A stretch of DNA of 64,000 nucleotides from Eledone cirrhosa (lineage: Eukaryota), in assembly GCA_964016885.1 (NCBI GenBank), contig OZ024741.1, positions 200,694,001-200,758,000 on the forward strand. The letters are read 5' to 3'. The notes beneath the pieces are model-generated. The model did no database searches. It was given only the letters and a program-made list of their open reading frames with translations, and was not told the DNA's origin. Below, one piece after another: positions 41,821 through 56,425 of the stretch. How positions within the stretch are numbered: the first letter of the stretch is position 1; the number at the start of each line of letters is the position of its first letter. A program made the translations under genes and the position numbers.

Positions 41821-42527
41821 AATGCTAATGGCTGCGCAAGAGCAAGACCTCAGAACGAAGTGGGTGAAACACCATATTGACAAAGAGGTGGCTAACTCAC
41901 ATTGTAAGATCTGTGGAGGGAGAGAGGAGGCTGTGGCTCACATTGCATCTGAGTGTAAACACCTAGCCCAGACTTACTGTAAAGGCTGGAGACATGATGT
42001 GATAGGCAGGGAGATCCACTGGCATCTATGCAAAGTAAACAATTTATCACATTCTGAGAAGTGGTATGAGCATAAGCCAGAGTCAGGTGATAGAAAACGA
42101 TCAGGTGAAGGTGCTATGAGATACAGACGGACAAGAAATTAGAACACAATAGGCCTGACCTGTGCCTGATTGTGGATGTAGCATCACCCTTTGACACAAG
42201 ATAGCAAGAAAAGGAGAAGGAGAAAATTAACCGATACCAGGATTTAAAGTGGGAGTTAAAAATGATTTGGAACTGCCATGAGATCAAGGTCATCCCGATT
42301 GTCATAGGACTAGGTACTATCTCAAAGAATTTCCAAGGATGGTTAAAGAAGATTAGTCCAGCCCCGTTTTTTTTTTTTGGAACACTTCAAAAGGCATGCT
42401 TGTTGGGAACAGCAAGAACCCTCCGATACGTCCTGGGTGTGTGAGGCTGCTGGTAGTGGCTTTATATTTATTTCAACAAACTTTCCAGTTAAATAACATC
42501 AATGACTGAGACTCAAATAATAATAAT
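41821..42527 (+). mobile_element. R4/Dong-type LINE 3' end (CCHC + restriction-like endonuclease), ending in (AAT)n
   Basis: LMAAQEQ, CKICGGREEAVAHIASEC, RHD, HNRPDL, VIPIVIGLG, LQKACLLGTARTLR. Confidence 0.88.
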
Positions 42528-42716
42528 AATTGTTTTTACTTTTGACACAAGGCCAGCAATTACCCAGTGCATTACTGGTACTTTATTTTATCGACCCCGT
42601 AAGGATGAAAGGTAAAGTTAACCTCGGCGGGATTTGAACTCAGAATAGCAAGGGCCGTAACTTTATGCGTTAAAGCAAGGTGTCCGACCCTCTACCATTA
42701 CTGCCAATCATCCGCC
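42527..42716 (-). mobile_element. SINE family A inserted in an (AAT)n tract
   Basis: Family match; TAA repeats on both sides. Confidence 0.85.
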
Positions 42717-42754
<38 letters not shown>

Positions 42755-43114
42755 TGTGTGTGTATATACATACGTGTGCATAAGTATGCACATGTGTATA
42801 GAGCCCACATAAAGGACAAAACAAAGGGGAAGGGAAAAAAGAATACTAGTACCCCATTTACACCTCAAACTCAAAATAGACAGAAAATAACATCGGAGAA
42901 GCAACTCCTATAAGCTACAATGTCACCATACCCACTACCACGCCCAGCACCCCACCCACCCCAGCATTAATCTCCCTGCCACCACCACCAACATCACTCA
43001 CACCACAAGAACAGTTGAGAAAATTCTCGTACACCTCTTACAGCTGCAACCATAACAATATCACCTCAATCAACAACAGCAATGACCATAACTATACTGT
43101 TATAATAGTAATAA

Positions 43115-46100
43115 TGATCTCAGTGCCAGCCAGCAAATGCACTACCCAAAGAGCCGGGCAACTTTCCATGTACGTCCAATACCATGCGTAACGCAAGCAT
43201 GTAGTGCGAGATGAACAAATAAAAATTAATACACAATACCAAATCGCTTTTCCTATGGTTAATCAGGAAGTGCGTCCCTCAGGAAGGTGCCAACCTGAGA
43301 TCGAAAAGTCCTCCTCTGACACAAACTCTTCTCCAATTATGGACCTGGATGGTCACTTGATCGGGGATTGCTCCAACTCGAGCCCTCCAGATCCACCACC
43401 CAAACCACCTCAAAAAGATAAACCTAAAAGGATGAAATGGACCCGAGAAGAGTATAAAGAAGTAATATATGCATATTACTATGCATTAGGTAAGCCATCA
43501 CAAGACAGACATTCTTTAAACTCCTACAAAATCTCGGAATCAAGCTAGCAGACGTGATATGGATGGAAATAAGTTGGCAAATGTAAGGAGGTATATGTTC
43601 AGAAATAATAGACTCACAGAAACTGAACTAACTGCGATCAAGCAGGCTGTGGAGAATGACATAAATATAAATGATGAAAGAACTGAAGAATCTCCTGGAG
43701 ATAGTAACCAGTCACAAGTCTTTACTGAAAGACCTCCATCTGACCAAATCACAAATAGATTTGTAGAAATGAGAAGCCCTATTGAACTCGCTGAAAATAG
43801 CCAGGAGAGGGACTTAGAAACAGTAATTGAAAACCAAACATCTGTTGAAGAACACAGGGAGACTATGAAGGAATTAAAGCAAAAAATACTGAATGAGCTT
43901 GCAGTAGTAAGACATTCTAGTATACATTATAGAGAGCCACTTCAAAAACTCCCAAATACAATCCAAAATAGAAAACAAATAATGATTGGTAATTCTGTGA
44001 CAAAAGAAATCATAGAAGAACTAGAATCTGATCTTACTGAGTTAAATGAAATCATTTATGCATCTGCTAGAGTAATTGAAACAAGTTGTTTACCACCAAA
44101 AAAACAATAAAGTCGAACCTTCGAGGTAAACCAATTTGGAGGAGTAGAATCGAAAAGGAGATTGACGTAATGAGAGGAGAAATATCTTTATTGAGTGAGT
44201 TAACCGCTGGAAATGATATACGATCCAAGAAGGTAAGAAAGCTAAAGAGAAAATATGGACTGTCTTCTAGAGAAGCAATAGTTTCAACAAAGAATCTCTG
44301 AAACAAAAAGTCCAAGTAAAAGACCAACGAATTCGTAGATTCGAGAAGCGAAACAACTTCTACAGGCAAAATAAGTTGTTCTCATCCAATGCCAAGTCAT
44401 TTTATAGAGAAGTAGGGAAGAAAAAAATAATTATTGAAGAAGTTGAAAACTTCTGGAGTAAGATTTGGAGTGATGAGAAGACATATAATTTTAATGTAGA
44501 TTGGATTAGTCGCCTAGAAAAATCCTACACAAATTTAGAAGAACAGGCGTGGGAAGACATTTCTATAGCGGACTTAAGGACAGCACTCAATAAATCTCAT
44601 AAATGGAAATCTCCTGGTAGAGACAGGGTGCCAAATTTCTGGCTTTCCTCACTCCCGTGCACTCACAATATATTGGTCAAGCTGTTTAATGGAATTATGA
44701 AAGATCCAGAAAATACACCTGATTGGATAGCAAGTGGCATTACTTACCTTCTACCAAAGAACAACGAAACCAAAGATCCAAAAAACTATCGGCCCATAAC
44801 CTGCTTGTCCACCACTTATAAACTATTAACCTCTATTCTCATGGAAAAAGCATACGTGTTTTTGGAGGAGAACAATCTTTTCCCCATTGAACAAAAATGG
44901 TGCCGACGAGGTTCATATGGTTGTAAAGATCAACTTTTGATTAATCGTATGATCCTTGAGAACTGTCATATTAAACACAGAAATCTCAGTTCTGCATGGA
45001 TCGATTATAAAAAAGCCTTTCACAGCATACCACACTCATGGATTCTGAGATCACTGGACATCTTCAAAATCTCAAACTTCCTGAAACACAATATGTCATT
45101 ATGGAACACAAATCTCCAATTGTCTCATTCTACTGGGGTACTGTTCTCTAGGAATATAAACATCAACTGTGGTATATTCCAGGGTGACTCACTTTCACCC
45201 TTACTTTTCTGCATAGCTTACATCCGAACTTAATAGAACAGGGTACGGTTATAGAATTGACAACAAATAAATAATCCACCTATTTTATATGGATGATTTG
45301 AAGCTATATTGCAAAGATAATGACGAACTGGAAGGCCTTTTACGGACAGTAAAAACGTTTAGCGATGACATCAGGATGGAGTTTGGACTTGACAAGTGTG
45401 CCAAAGCCACTTTCAAGAAGGGGAAGCTTGTCAACTCAGACTCAGTTGAATTGGATGCTGAAACAATCATAAAGGAACTTGAGCAGGAACAAACCTATAA
45501 ATACTTCGGGATTAATGAGGGCTCTGGCATACATCATGCAAGTATGAAAAAGAGGATAAGGAAAGAATGTTACAGGAGAGTATGTGCAGTTCTGAGATCA
45601 GAACTAAACGCTCGTAACAAGGTGCTAGCCATAAATTCCTTGGCAGTCCCAGTTGTCACTTATAGCTTCGGTGTGTTGAACTGAAATATGAGTGAAATCA
45701 AAAGAATCGACACCAAAGTCCGTAAGCTACTGATCTGTAATAGGATTCACCACCCAAAAGCAGATGTGGATCGTCTTTACCTTCCTAGAACTCAAGGAGG
45801 CCGTGACCTGATCCAATTTGAACTTGCTTACAAGACCACCATCATTGGACTGGTCAAATACCTTGAAACAACTAGCGACTGTATGCTGAAACTTGTTGAA
45901 AAGCATGAGAGAAGTAAGAAGCTTCATTCTATCTTGAAGGAGAGCAAAAAATATGCTACTGCTCTCATGCTTGATACCCAGGCTGGACAGACTAAAGAAA
46001 CTGTTGCAACTGATGCTGCTAGACACATAAAATCACTGGCAAAAGCAAAAGGGCAAGGACAATTAGCATCAAATTGGGAGCAGAAACCTCTGCATGGCAA

Positions 46101-46320
46101 ATATGTGGCCCGTAGCAAACAAGCTTATGTTGACCAAAATCACACTCATCAGTGGCTACGTAGTTCAGGGCTAAAGGCGGAGAGTGAAGGCTTCATCTTA
46201 GCTGCCCAAGATCAAAGCTTATTGACACGTAATTACCAGGGCAATGTGATGAGAAACGGAATAAGCCCAAAGTGCCGATTCTGCAATGCTGAGGTTGAAA
46301 CAGTGGCTCACTTAGTCTGC
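43115..46320 (+). mobile_element. R4/Dong-type RLE LINE, 3'-truncated within the CCHC finger
   Basis: KWTREE N-terminus, KSPGRD, YRPITCL, WIDYKKAF, GIFQGDSLSPLLF, YMDD, DVDRLYLPR, AAQDQSL, CRFC..H; several stops and frameshifts. Confidence 0.9.
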
Positions 46321-46571
46321 ACACGTATTGATAAGAGCACTATCGCTGTAAGATTGATATCCCTCCTTGTATTTACATATGCATGTGCACATGTGTATAT
46401 ATGTATACTGTTTTTTTTGTTTGTTTGTTTTTTAAATTATAATCAATGTGCTGTATTAACTGGCTTACCAATGCACACTGTGAATTTATTTGCCCTAGGT
46501 GTCAGGAAGACACTCGGTATATATCTCAGAAACAATAATGAAAGAAAATAAAAATAATTATAATAATAATA

Positions 46572-46893
46572 ATCATTTCATTTATTAGCCACGAGAGCCG
46601 ATATGTAGGGGACAATACAAAAACAGGGACAGTCGGGGTTTACAATAAGGTCAAGTAAAAGTGCACAATGGCAAGACTAATTTAACAATGAAGATATTCA
46701 AATATAAAATAAACTATGTATAAATATAACAAAATAAATAAATTCCCCTATAGGGGGTGAACGACCCATGGCTGACTCAGGTACCCCACCAATCCTGAAC
46801 CACCCTGCGCTTCAAGGGCACCCAGGGAGAGCACCCCTCTCCTCAAATTAGCTAGCCTATAGGCGCATGGTCAGAGTAGGCCCATTCACACGG
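46572..46893 (-). mobile_element. 3' end of a Tx1-like LINE close to the 54199-60110 element, in (ATT)n
   Basis: The reverse complement matches 59790-60110, e.g. ttttgtattgtcccctacatatcggc..ggctaataaatgaaat. Confidence 0.85.
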
Positions 46894-47835
46894 GTCTCCT
46901 CTTTTTAACCAGTTCATGTCTGTGGATCTCAGAATTCCGTTTTCTTAAAGAAAGTGCTATGAAGGGATTTTTCATGAAGGTTGCTCTTCCTCTTTGTTGT
47001 TATTTCTTCCTTGGACATCCCCTGGTCTATTGTCTTCTCCTTCAGTACAATTTTGAGCATTGGCTCCCTACTGTCAGCCACATATTTGTGCAGGCTGTTT
47101 TCTATGCTGGTAAGACCTCTTCCACCTTCATATCTCTTTAAGTAGAGTCTATCGACATCACTCCTCTTGTGGAACATGTAGATAGTCAATAGCTTCCTAG
47201 TCTTCCTATCCATTTCTTTTTGTTCAGTAACTTTCCATTTCAGAATTCCCGCACTGTACCTAATAATAGACACAGCTCGGGAATTTACTGCAATTATGAC
47301 ATTCCTACTATTTAGATGTGATTTTAATACGTTCCTTACACTCCTGATGTATTCAGATCTTATCAATTCCTTCATTTTTTTTGTTCTTGATGTCATCAGC
47401 CTCCAGAACACCCAAATATTTGTATCCCTCTTCAGTGTCAATTTCCTTTATCATCTCACCAGTTGGTACCTGGATTCCATTGCTTCTGCTCAATTTACCC
47501 CTCTTCATCACTAGGACTCCTCGCTTATTAACACCAAATTCCATACATATATCATTGCTGAAAATACGGACAGTGTCAACAAGTACATCCAAATCCTTCT
47601 CACTTTTCCCAAAGAGTTTTAGATCATCCATGAAGAGGGGGTGGTTGTCGATGGTAAACTCTCCTCTTCCCAGCTTGTATCCTGTTCTCACTTTTCGTAA
47701 TATGAGGGACAAGGGTATGACGGTAAGGACAAACAACAAAGGGGATAAACTATGTATCTCCCTGGAAGATACCTCTCTTGATCTTCACGCCTCCCAAGGA
47801 TTCTCTACCTGATGTTAGCTCTGTTTCCCAGGAAT
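46894..47835 (-). mobile_element. R4/Dong-type RT fragment (second family)
   Basis: FMDDLKLFGK, YKYLGVLE, SDVDRLYLKRYEGGRGL; ends NWLKRGD. Confidence 0.88.
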
Positions 47836-48343
47836 TTTGTAACACGGAACTTCTTTCAGCATCCTTTCTGTTCGTCCGGTAACATGTTGCTTCTGTGGAG
47901 GTGATAGTAGATTTCCTCAGACACAATGCTTGTTAACAGTTTCCGCATTACGGACAGATATGTGATAGGCCTACAGTTGGTAACCTAATTACCCTTGATT
48001 CGGTCTTTCATTACCAGAACTGTGGTACATTTTGTCGACCACTCTGGTACTTCACCCGATATCTGTCAGTTTTGGGAGGAGGGATGTTATATATTATTAA
48101 AAGTAGAAACAATTATTATTATTATTATTATTATTGAATGCCATGGTTGGCGGAGGCTCGGCTCTGTAAGGTATTGTAATTTTTAACCGTTATAACAATT
48201 GTAAATTATTTAAAACTTCAACCAAATTGTAGACACCCTCATCCTCGTAAGAGGGGTCTTTCTGCCCGTTATTTGGCCCTTCGGGTTTAAATAGCCAGTT
48301 ATTGGGGATTTGTTCCCAATATTTATTTTAAACCGTAAAAAAC

Positions 48344-48707
48344 ATGGCTACAAATAAGAATTTTCAGAAGTCACTCCCACTCCTTCTGTCTTCTTCTTCC
48401 CCAATCGTCATTACGTCAGAGAAAAGATTGTCTCTGTCCCTCCCTTCTCTAAATGTGGTGTCTCCTCTGTCACCTCTTTCGCAAGCGACACCATTAAAGA
48501 AAAAGAAAAATGTAGTTTCTCGTAGCGTTCTTCATCAAGAGAAAGCACGTGCCGTGGAACATTTCTCCACGACGACAACAACAACAAAAGATGTTCGTCT
48601 AACGTCATGAAGAATAGCAGCAGCAGCCGTAATAACAGCATCAGCAGCACAGCAACAGTGGCGAGGAAAATACTAGTAGCAGCCGCAACAACATCAGCAG
48701 CAGCATA

Positions 48708-48738
<31 letters not shown>

Positions 48739-50423
48739 GCAGCAGCAGCAACAGCAACAACAACAACAGCAACAGCGGCGGCGGCGGTCGTAGTACCAGC
48801 AGCAACAACAAAAGTAACAGCAGCTCTGACGACAACAAGAACAAGAAAGAAAAACCAATCCCGTTTGCAGGTATCGCAAAGAACCTGGAAACCATCCTTA
48901 TAACAAATGAGGAATTACAGGAAGCAAGGAAGATGATGACGAAAACCGGACACCGACCAATCTGCAAGGCAGCCGAAGAATTTTTCGAAACCCAACAGCA
49001 CTGTACGGTCACGTACCGTACATTAAGCACAAAACCACGTAGGGTTGAAAGAGCCACAGAGGGTCAAATACAAAAAGCCTTAGGGTCTGTGTGGGAAGCG
49101 GAAAACACATATCAACCGAGGCAAGAAATATGCCACCGTGGACGGGCTTTTTTCCAACCCCAGGAGGCAAAGGCTCAATCCTTAGTAACCCTAAGGAGCG
49201 AGGAAATGGTGTTGGTGCACTCCTACTGCGGGCAAAAAATTGTGAGGGTCAAACTGACCCAAGTGCCCCCCCGGGATGGCCCCTTCTTGGCTGGCCGCGT
49301 CTGTCCTCGTCGGAATCGAGGACAAAACAACCGTACTGCAAGTACAGAAAAAAGTACGAGAAGATTGGGTCGGCGCCTCCATTGAGATATTAATTCAAAC
49401 CAACCAGGACTGCATCGAAGCTATCCTGGATGTGATAGACTTCGATAACGGCACTCAACTTCCCATAAGTGTTGAGGGAAAACGTCCGAAATGCTTTCGC
49501 TGTGGGTCGAAGACTCACCTCAGGGCCTTCTGCAATGAGAAGAACCTAAGTAAGGAGAAAACCCCCCTCCTACCGAAACCGGCTCCACAACTACCAACAA
49601 CAGGACAGGCGGCAAGCAGGAAGGATAGGTCCGTGGCACCCATACCCACGCCACGGAAATCAAGAACAGCAGCAGCAGTGGAAGTATTAACAACAACAAC
49701 AGTAAAACCAACTACAGCTGCAACCATCACCAACAAGAACAAGTGAAAGAGTGGAGCTGGTACCCCCTCCCCGACCTCACAGAATCGGACATGGAGTGTG
49801 AGGTGGGAGAGGGATGGCAAAAGGTCGCAAGAAGGCACAAACGCAGAAGCAGCGCATCGTCGTCTTCGAAAAGGGAGGGAAGAAATTAAAAAAGGGTGAA
49901 GGCTACTGCAAAGAGGCTTACAGCAGCAACACCACCAACACCATAACCACCTACACTAGAAGTACCATCACCACCGGCGACAACACCACCGCCAACAACA
50001 ACAACACCTTCAACAACACCACCACAAGCACCAACATCGCAAACACAACAACAAAACACACACACCCAGCAACAACGACAAGAAAATACCAGAACCACAC
50101 CCCACCCCCAGAAAAAGAAATGCACAGCAATAAATACACACAACAAGAAACTAATGACTCACATAATTGAACACACAGACATTTCACAGCACGACTACAT
50201 GATACCAGCACCAATCAAAACACCAACGAACATAAGACTGGTAAGAATATCACAGAAACAATACACAAACATTAAAATGAAATTCCCCAACGCAGTTAGT
50301 GATTTCAGAGACCTAGGAGGGACACTCAACCGGAGTGTATACTCGGATATACTCACAGAAGAGCCGACGACCAGCCGAAGGGACGATTCAACGGTCCCTT
50401 CACCAGACGATCAAGGTAAGTGA
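48344..50423 (+). pseudogene. Element 1 ORF1 (gag-like, CCHC knuckle), frameshifted
   Basis: VEGKRPKCFRCGSKTHLRAFC; low-complexity S/N and T-rich segments. Confidence 0.75.
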
Positions 50424-50455
50424 TCCTTTCTCACTTGGCCCGTTCCTCACCCAAC

Positions 50456-53400
50456 ATGGCCGTATTCAGGATCGGAAGTGTAAACGTGTGTAGCTTGAGC
50501 TCGGTTTGGAAGCAGTGTCACTTGCTTAACGACCTCAGGTCACTAAACATAGATGCGGTGGCCATCAGCGAGACGAGAATCTCCGAAACGTAAGCTTTCG
50601 CATCGGTCTTCGACGGTTACGAGGTGTACACATCTCCAAGCCGTCTGGGAGCGGGGGGCGGAGTGGCTGTGTTGTTTCGGAAAGGCTTGGGTCTCGCCAT
50701 ACGGACCATATTCCTGGACCCAGAAGGTAAGTCAGTAGTGCTGGACATAAGCGGCACCGAAGGCAACGTTTTCAGGCTAGTAGCCGTCTACGCCCCGACA
50801 GGGACAGGACGGCCAGATTTCTTCAGACGTTTAGAGACCTTTCTTGGAACGTCCCGCTCTTTAGTGTTAGTGGGGGACTGGAACGGTATCTTGGATGCAC
50901 GCTGGGATTGTGTGGGGCTAGTGGGTAGAGGAGGGTGCAAGAGCCTCACCAACCTGCTCAGACGTTTTGAACTGTCTGACAGGTATCGACTGGATCAACC
51001 GAATGTGCCAATGTGGACAAACCGCATCGGGTCATCCAGATCGTATCTCGATAGGGTATTCTGCAGAGAACTAGATAAGGCTGGTATAAGTTGTCCACAA
51101 TTTAAAATAGTCGACTACACAGACCACAAATTTGTGATCTGTGAGATCAACATAGACAGACTTCATAGACAAAGACCCGGTTATTGGAAGCTGAACGCGT
51201 CTTTCCCGGCGCGCAAAGCCTACAGAGACCGGGTTAGCGTATCAGTTAAGCGGGCGTTGACGGGAGCAGTCGTCAACAACAGGTGGTGGTTCGCCCTGAA
51301 AAGGGCAATTAAAGTAGAGTCGATTAGGTTTAGCAAAGGACTAGTGATAGAGGAAAATAGAGTAGCGGGAGAGCTAGTCAGAAAGCTAGAAGAGGCGTTT
51401 AGGTCACGCATCGCAACCGACGTGCTTGCAGTGAGATTGGCACTCGACCAATTCTTCAACGCAAAGCACGAATGCTGCATTGTCAGAGCTAGAGCGCGTG
51501 CTCTGAAACACGAGGGGACAAAAGCCGTCCAATGGGCCCGGGTGGCAGAGGCGCGACGTGGCAACAAAACCACAATTCGGTCTTTGTCTGACCAAAACGG
51601 GTGCATGATGCTCGAACCCGAGCGGATGTGTGAAGCTTTTCAGCAGCACTTTGCTGAACTATTCGGGAGCGGCGGCGGGCCAGACGGGGGTGTGGACTTC
51701 AGTGCATACCTCGACGGACTGCCTCGGCTCTCGACGACCGCAGCACAGTGTTGCGAAAAGCCAATAACAGCCGGTGAAATACGGGAAGCGATGACTAACT
51801 GCACAAGGAGTAAATCGCCAGGTTTGGATGGTCTGCCCTACAAGCTTTATGCATTTATTCCAGACTTGTTCGGTGACCTCTTGGCAGACGTCTACTGCAA
51901 CTGGCAGCAGAACGGGAGCATTCCCAGTTTTGTGAGCCGGGGAGCAGTGGCGCTGCTGAGAAAAGACCCGAACAAGGGGGATGTTATCGATAATTTCAGG
52001 CCCATAACCCTGCTAAACGCAGAGTTCAAGATTTTGGCCAAGATGTTAGCAACGAGGTTGGCACTTGTCGTGAAGGGTCTGGTGGGAGAGGCACAGACAT
52101 GCGCCATTCCGGACAGATCCATACACGACAACCTCCACCTCATGCGATACATCATAGAGAGGGTGGTTAAGGAACCTGGCACGGGTGTGGCCCTGATCAA
52201 CTTGGATCAATCAAAAGCATTCGATAGGGTCGACCATCGGTACCTGGCGGCGGTCCTCGAGGCAGCCGGTTTCGGGCCCGTTTTCAGGGGTTGGATCGCT
52301 GCGATGTACAGCGATATCTGCTTAGTTGTAAGGGTGAACGGTCACCTGTCCCAGCCGTTCAGCATCATGCGCTCAGTCCGCCAGGGTTGTCCCCTCTCGT
52401 CCCTCTTGTACGTATTGACTCTCGAGCCGTTACTGCACAAACTGGAGACGATGAGGTGCGTCCCACGCGAACTAGGATGCGAGAAATCCGAGTGGGCTTA
52501 CGCTGACGACGCCACCGTGGTAGTGTCGAGCACCAGACACGTCCAGATGCTCGGCACCGCTCTCAAGGAATACGAAGCGGTGACAGGAGCAAAGATAAAC
52601 CAGGAAAAGTCGGTGGGCTTGCAGCTCGGCACCTGGAGAGGCAAGTCCATGCCGTCCGACAGCGTCGTGGGGCGTTGTACGGACGGACCGGTTAAATTGC
52701 TCGGGGTCTGGTTCGGACCGGACCTCCAGATGGAGAAAAACTGGAACGAGGTGACGAGCAGGGTGGCCTCCCTCACCAAGAAATGGGCCGAGAGGAAGCT
52801 GTCCCTGAAAGGCCGGGCGGAGGTGGCGAATGCGTACATCGCATCCGTCATCTGCTACCGCCTCACCGTCATCCCTTGCTCCAACACAACTCTCACCAAA
52901 ATGGAGCGCCTCCTCTTCCGCTTTTTGCGGAAGGGACGCGCTCCCATGGTCAGACGATCCATCTGCTGTCAACACCCGTTGCGTGGAGGACTGGGCATGC
53001 CATGGCTGATGATGCGCAAATATGCGCTGAGGCTGCGACATCTATGGTGCTTCCTTGATGGTGAACAGGTGTGGTCGCCGTTCGCCAGGCACGTTTTCCC
53101 ACAGCTCGTCTCCTTGACGGAGCTGCAGTCCTGGGTCAGAAAAAGACCGAGGGATAGCGCTTGGAAACTGGAATGTCTACAGGCGCTCATTGCCCTCTGC
53201 TAGCTGGGCACCAGTATCGGTGGAACATCCACCTCGGCGTTCTATAGAGGACTAGTGGAGGGGAAGAGCGACGACATTCTCGGAGAGATCCTGGGGGTCG
53301 AAGAAGATCAGTTGTTTGCTCTCTTCCGGAGAACTTTCAGCTCGGGACTTTTGGATAACTTCCAAAAAACCCTGGCCTGGCAGTGCTACCGGGGAGCGTT

Positions 53401-53864
53401 GCCGGTTCGAGATAAGCTCTACAGGCACGGAAGTGCCGTCAGCCGAGCCTGTCCGAGATGCGCGCAGAACGACGAAACCGTCGTGAACGCACTCGTTCAG
53501 TGCCCGAGCATTGCTGACTTTTGGAGCTATGTCGAACAGTTGTTGTCGCGTGTAGGACTGATCCGGTTGTCGACTGAGTCCATTGAGCAGATGGTCTCGC
53601 CGTCTTCCTTCGAGGATAAAGGGCAGGCGATTTTCATCTGCCTGGTGGCCATGGCGAAAGAGATTGTGTGGTGGACAAGGTTAAAAGGGTTAAAGACAGA
53701 CTTTCCTCTTCGGTGAATCCCTAATTAACTTTTTCAAGTTTCACTTGAAGAGGAAAATCAGGGTGGAGAGGCAAGTGCTGCCTTCTAGCAAGTTTGTTGA
53801 AAGGTGGGTGAATGTAGCGAGAATGGTCCGAGTGAACGGGACCACTCTGAATATACGTCTGTAG
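50456..53864 (+). pseudogene. Element 1 ORF2 (APE endonuclease + RT + C-terminal CCHC)
   Basis: VGDWN, YTDH, KSPGLDGLP, FRPITLLN, LDQSKAFDRVDH, VRQGCPLS, AYADD, CPRC; in-frame stops at 50591 and 53201 and a frameshift near 53712. Confidence 0.93.
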
Positions 53865-54401
53865 TTTGAGAGATGGAAACATTGAGAGAGGGCGCTTGCC
53901 CTGGTGGTCAGTGTGGCCGTAGTCTTTTGTGTCGTTTTCGCCACGAGTAACCCTTGGAGGTTTCCCCCCTATTGGGGAATTTTTCATTGTTTCAATTTTC
54001 ATTTTTATTGTTTATATATATATATATGTTTTTATGTCCTTTTTTTTCCTTTTCTTATATAAATAATAAAAATATTTACACGCACAAAACCCACATCGTA
54101 CCGTCCTGTACCGTCCTGTGCCGTTTGTAATGTTTTTCTTGATGTCAGCCCTTGCGGCCAATAAAGCAATCATTATTATTATTATTATTATTATTATTGG
54201 TCTAAGCGGACGTATTTTGCTCGCTCACAGTAAGTCGCTTTATTTGCCTGTTAAAATTATTTGTTGTTAAATATTTCTTGTTGTGTAAGGGATATAAGCC
54301 CTTAGACGTTGCCCCGTGAAGGGGAAAGTATAATATTTGGGCCTTTTGGCCCAAATATTTGAACTTTTTTTACATGTTAAAAATTTACGAAGAAAAAAAA
54401 C

Positions 54402-56394
54402 ATGGCTGAGCCACGCCCCCCCCCCCCCCCCCCCCAGCGATATGTCGGCTGTCGTGCGACAACAACGTAGAAGTTGAGAGGAACGCTACAGCGAAATTAA
54501 CACACATTGATAACACAAACACCACCACAAACAATGTAAACAAAGACACCAATGATACCAATGAGAACTCTAATTTTGAAAAAAATGAGAGTAACAGCGA
54601 CAACGAAAATACAGATAACAAAAAGAAAATAACAAATACAACAACAATATCAACTCCACTAACATGAAAACAAATAGCGACAACATCAACAGCAACAATA
54701 CCAACTCCACCGAGAACAACGGTGGCAACAAAGACAACAATGATAACAGCGACAGTGCTAACAACAACACCAACAAGAACAACGACAACAACACCCCCAA
54801 TGAAAACAAGAAGAACACTTTCGCTGCGGCAGCAGCAAAAAAGAGGCCATGCTTCAACATGGACCTCTCAATCAAAGATGAAAAGTTGGCCCAAGCATGG
54901 AAGCTCATCAAGCAAGAGCAAACTTGGGCCAACTTAACTGTCCCGGTAGAAGCTATTGAGGCAGTGGAGCGCAAAACGGTGCATTATAGATGCATCTCAG
55001 CACAAACCAAAAGGACAGCTTTAATCCCACAAGAAGATGTCGAAGTCGCGCTGAGGTGCATCAGAGAAGACACCCAGTACATAGAGAGGGGCAGACAGTA
55101 CGGCACCATTTCGGTGTTGTTCAAGTCAGAAGCCCTCGCTATGAAACACGCTATGACTCCTTGAAAAACAAGCAAGGTCATAATGTACCGCTCCCACATG
55201 GGAAAAAGAACGGCCCGTCTGCGCATTCCCAGAATCCCACCAGGACTTGACATGAGGTGGCTTCTGGGATGTGTGATTGTGGAGGGGACGGATACAGTCC
55301 CTATAGAAGTGACCAGAACGGCCAGAGAGGACTGGTCCGGGGTTGACCTGGAGATCCTTCTCGAGATCAGGCCCGAGAATGTGGAGACAATCCCGGACCA
55401 CATCCGCCTTCAGAATGGGACGGTCATTCACATTATGACCGAAGGCAAAAGGCCGCAGTGTTTTGTTTGTGGGGAAAAAACCCATTTGCGAGCCTTCTGC
55501 CCTCAACTGCTGAAAGAGGCAAGGGGTCGAAAGGCTCCACTGCTGCCGACGCCGGGGCGAGGACCACAACCAACACCAGCACCGGCAAAACCACCAACAA
55601 CAACACCAATAGAAAGACCACCACCAACATTGACCACCCAGGGGGGAAACGAGGAAAGCTGTCAAATTAACCCTCCCTCCCAAAATACACACACCAATAA
55701 AACCTTAAACATACATACAGACACACTTACAGACACAGACCCATCATCTACCAGTAGTGAAAATGAGGGAAATCCCAAATCCCCCAAAATACAAAAAAGG
55801 AAACACAAAAAGAAAAAAAAAACTCAACAAAGCACAAAATCACCCACAATAAAAAACGCAGACACCACCCACGCAAACATCTCTCCAATAACACCAACAT
55901 CATCACCACCATCACCATCACCAGAATCCCCCAAACGCAAACAACCGAAACAGACGCAAGAACAAATATACACACAAACATCTGAAACCACAGACACCGC
56001 ACTCACAACAAACACAGATACAACCGAAACAACACCACCAAAACCATCACCACCATAGCCACGCAAACAAATAAAATCACACCAACAAAACATACAAAAC
56101 TTCGTGCTCGTCAGGAGCGCCAACAAGGCATTGATGGCCCTCGTAGCACAAAGTGAAAATATACAAAAAGAGGGGGAAATTTTTAAATCGAGCACATTTC
56201 GCGTGCCGGAAGATTTGGTTCTGGTGCGAATGTCGCTCGACATATTCAAAGAAATATGGGACAGCTTTCCTCGGGACGTGGGAACCCCGAACGTAAAACC
56301 CATTTCAAGAATTTTAAAGGGGTTCCCAAAAGAAACCCCACTAACTATGGAGGTCGAACAACCCGACCTTCACAAGAGCCCGGAAGGTAAGTAA
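54402..56394 (+). pseudogene. Element 2 ORF1 (Asn-rich N-terminus, CCHC)
   Basis: TEGKRPQCFVCGEKTHLRAFC; stops at 55162 and 56056. Confidence 0.78.
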
Positions 56395-56425
56395 ACCTTC
56401 CTCTCTCTCTGTTTAACCTGCCAAC

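Larger units (their letters stand above)
48136..54171 (+). mobile_element. Full-length Tx1/L1-clade LINE, element 1
   Basis: (ATT)n on both sides; ORF1, ORF2 and AATAAA at 54160. Confidence 0.92.
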
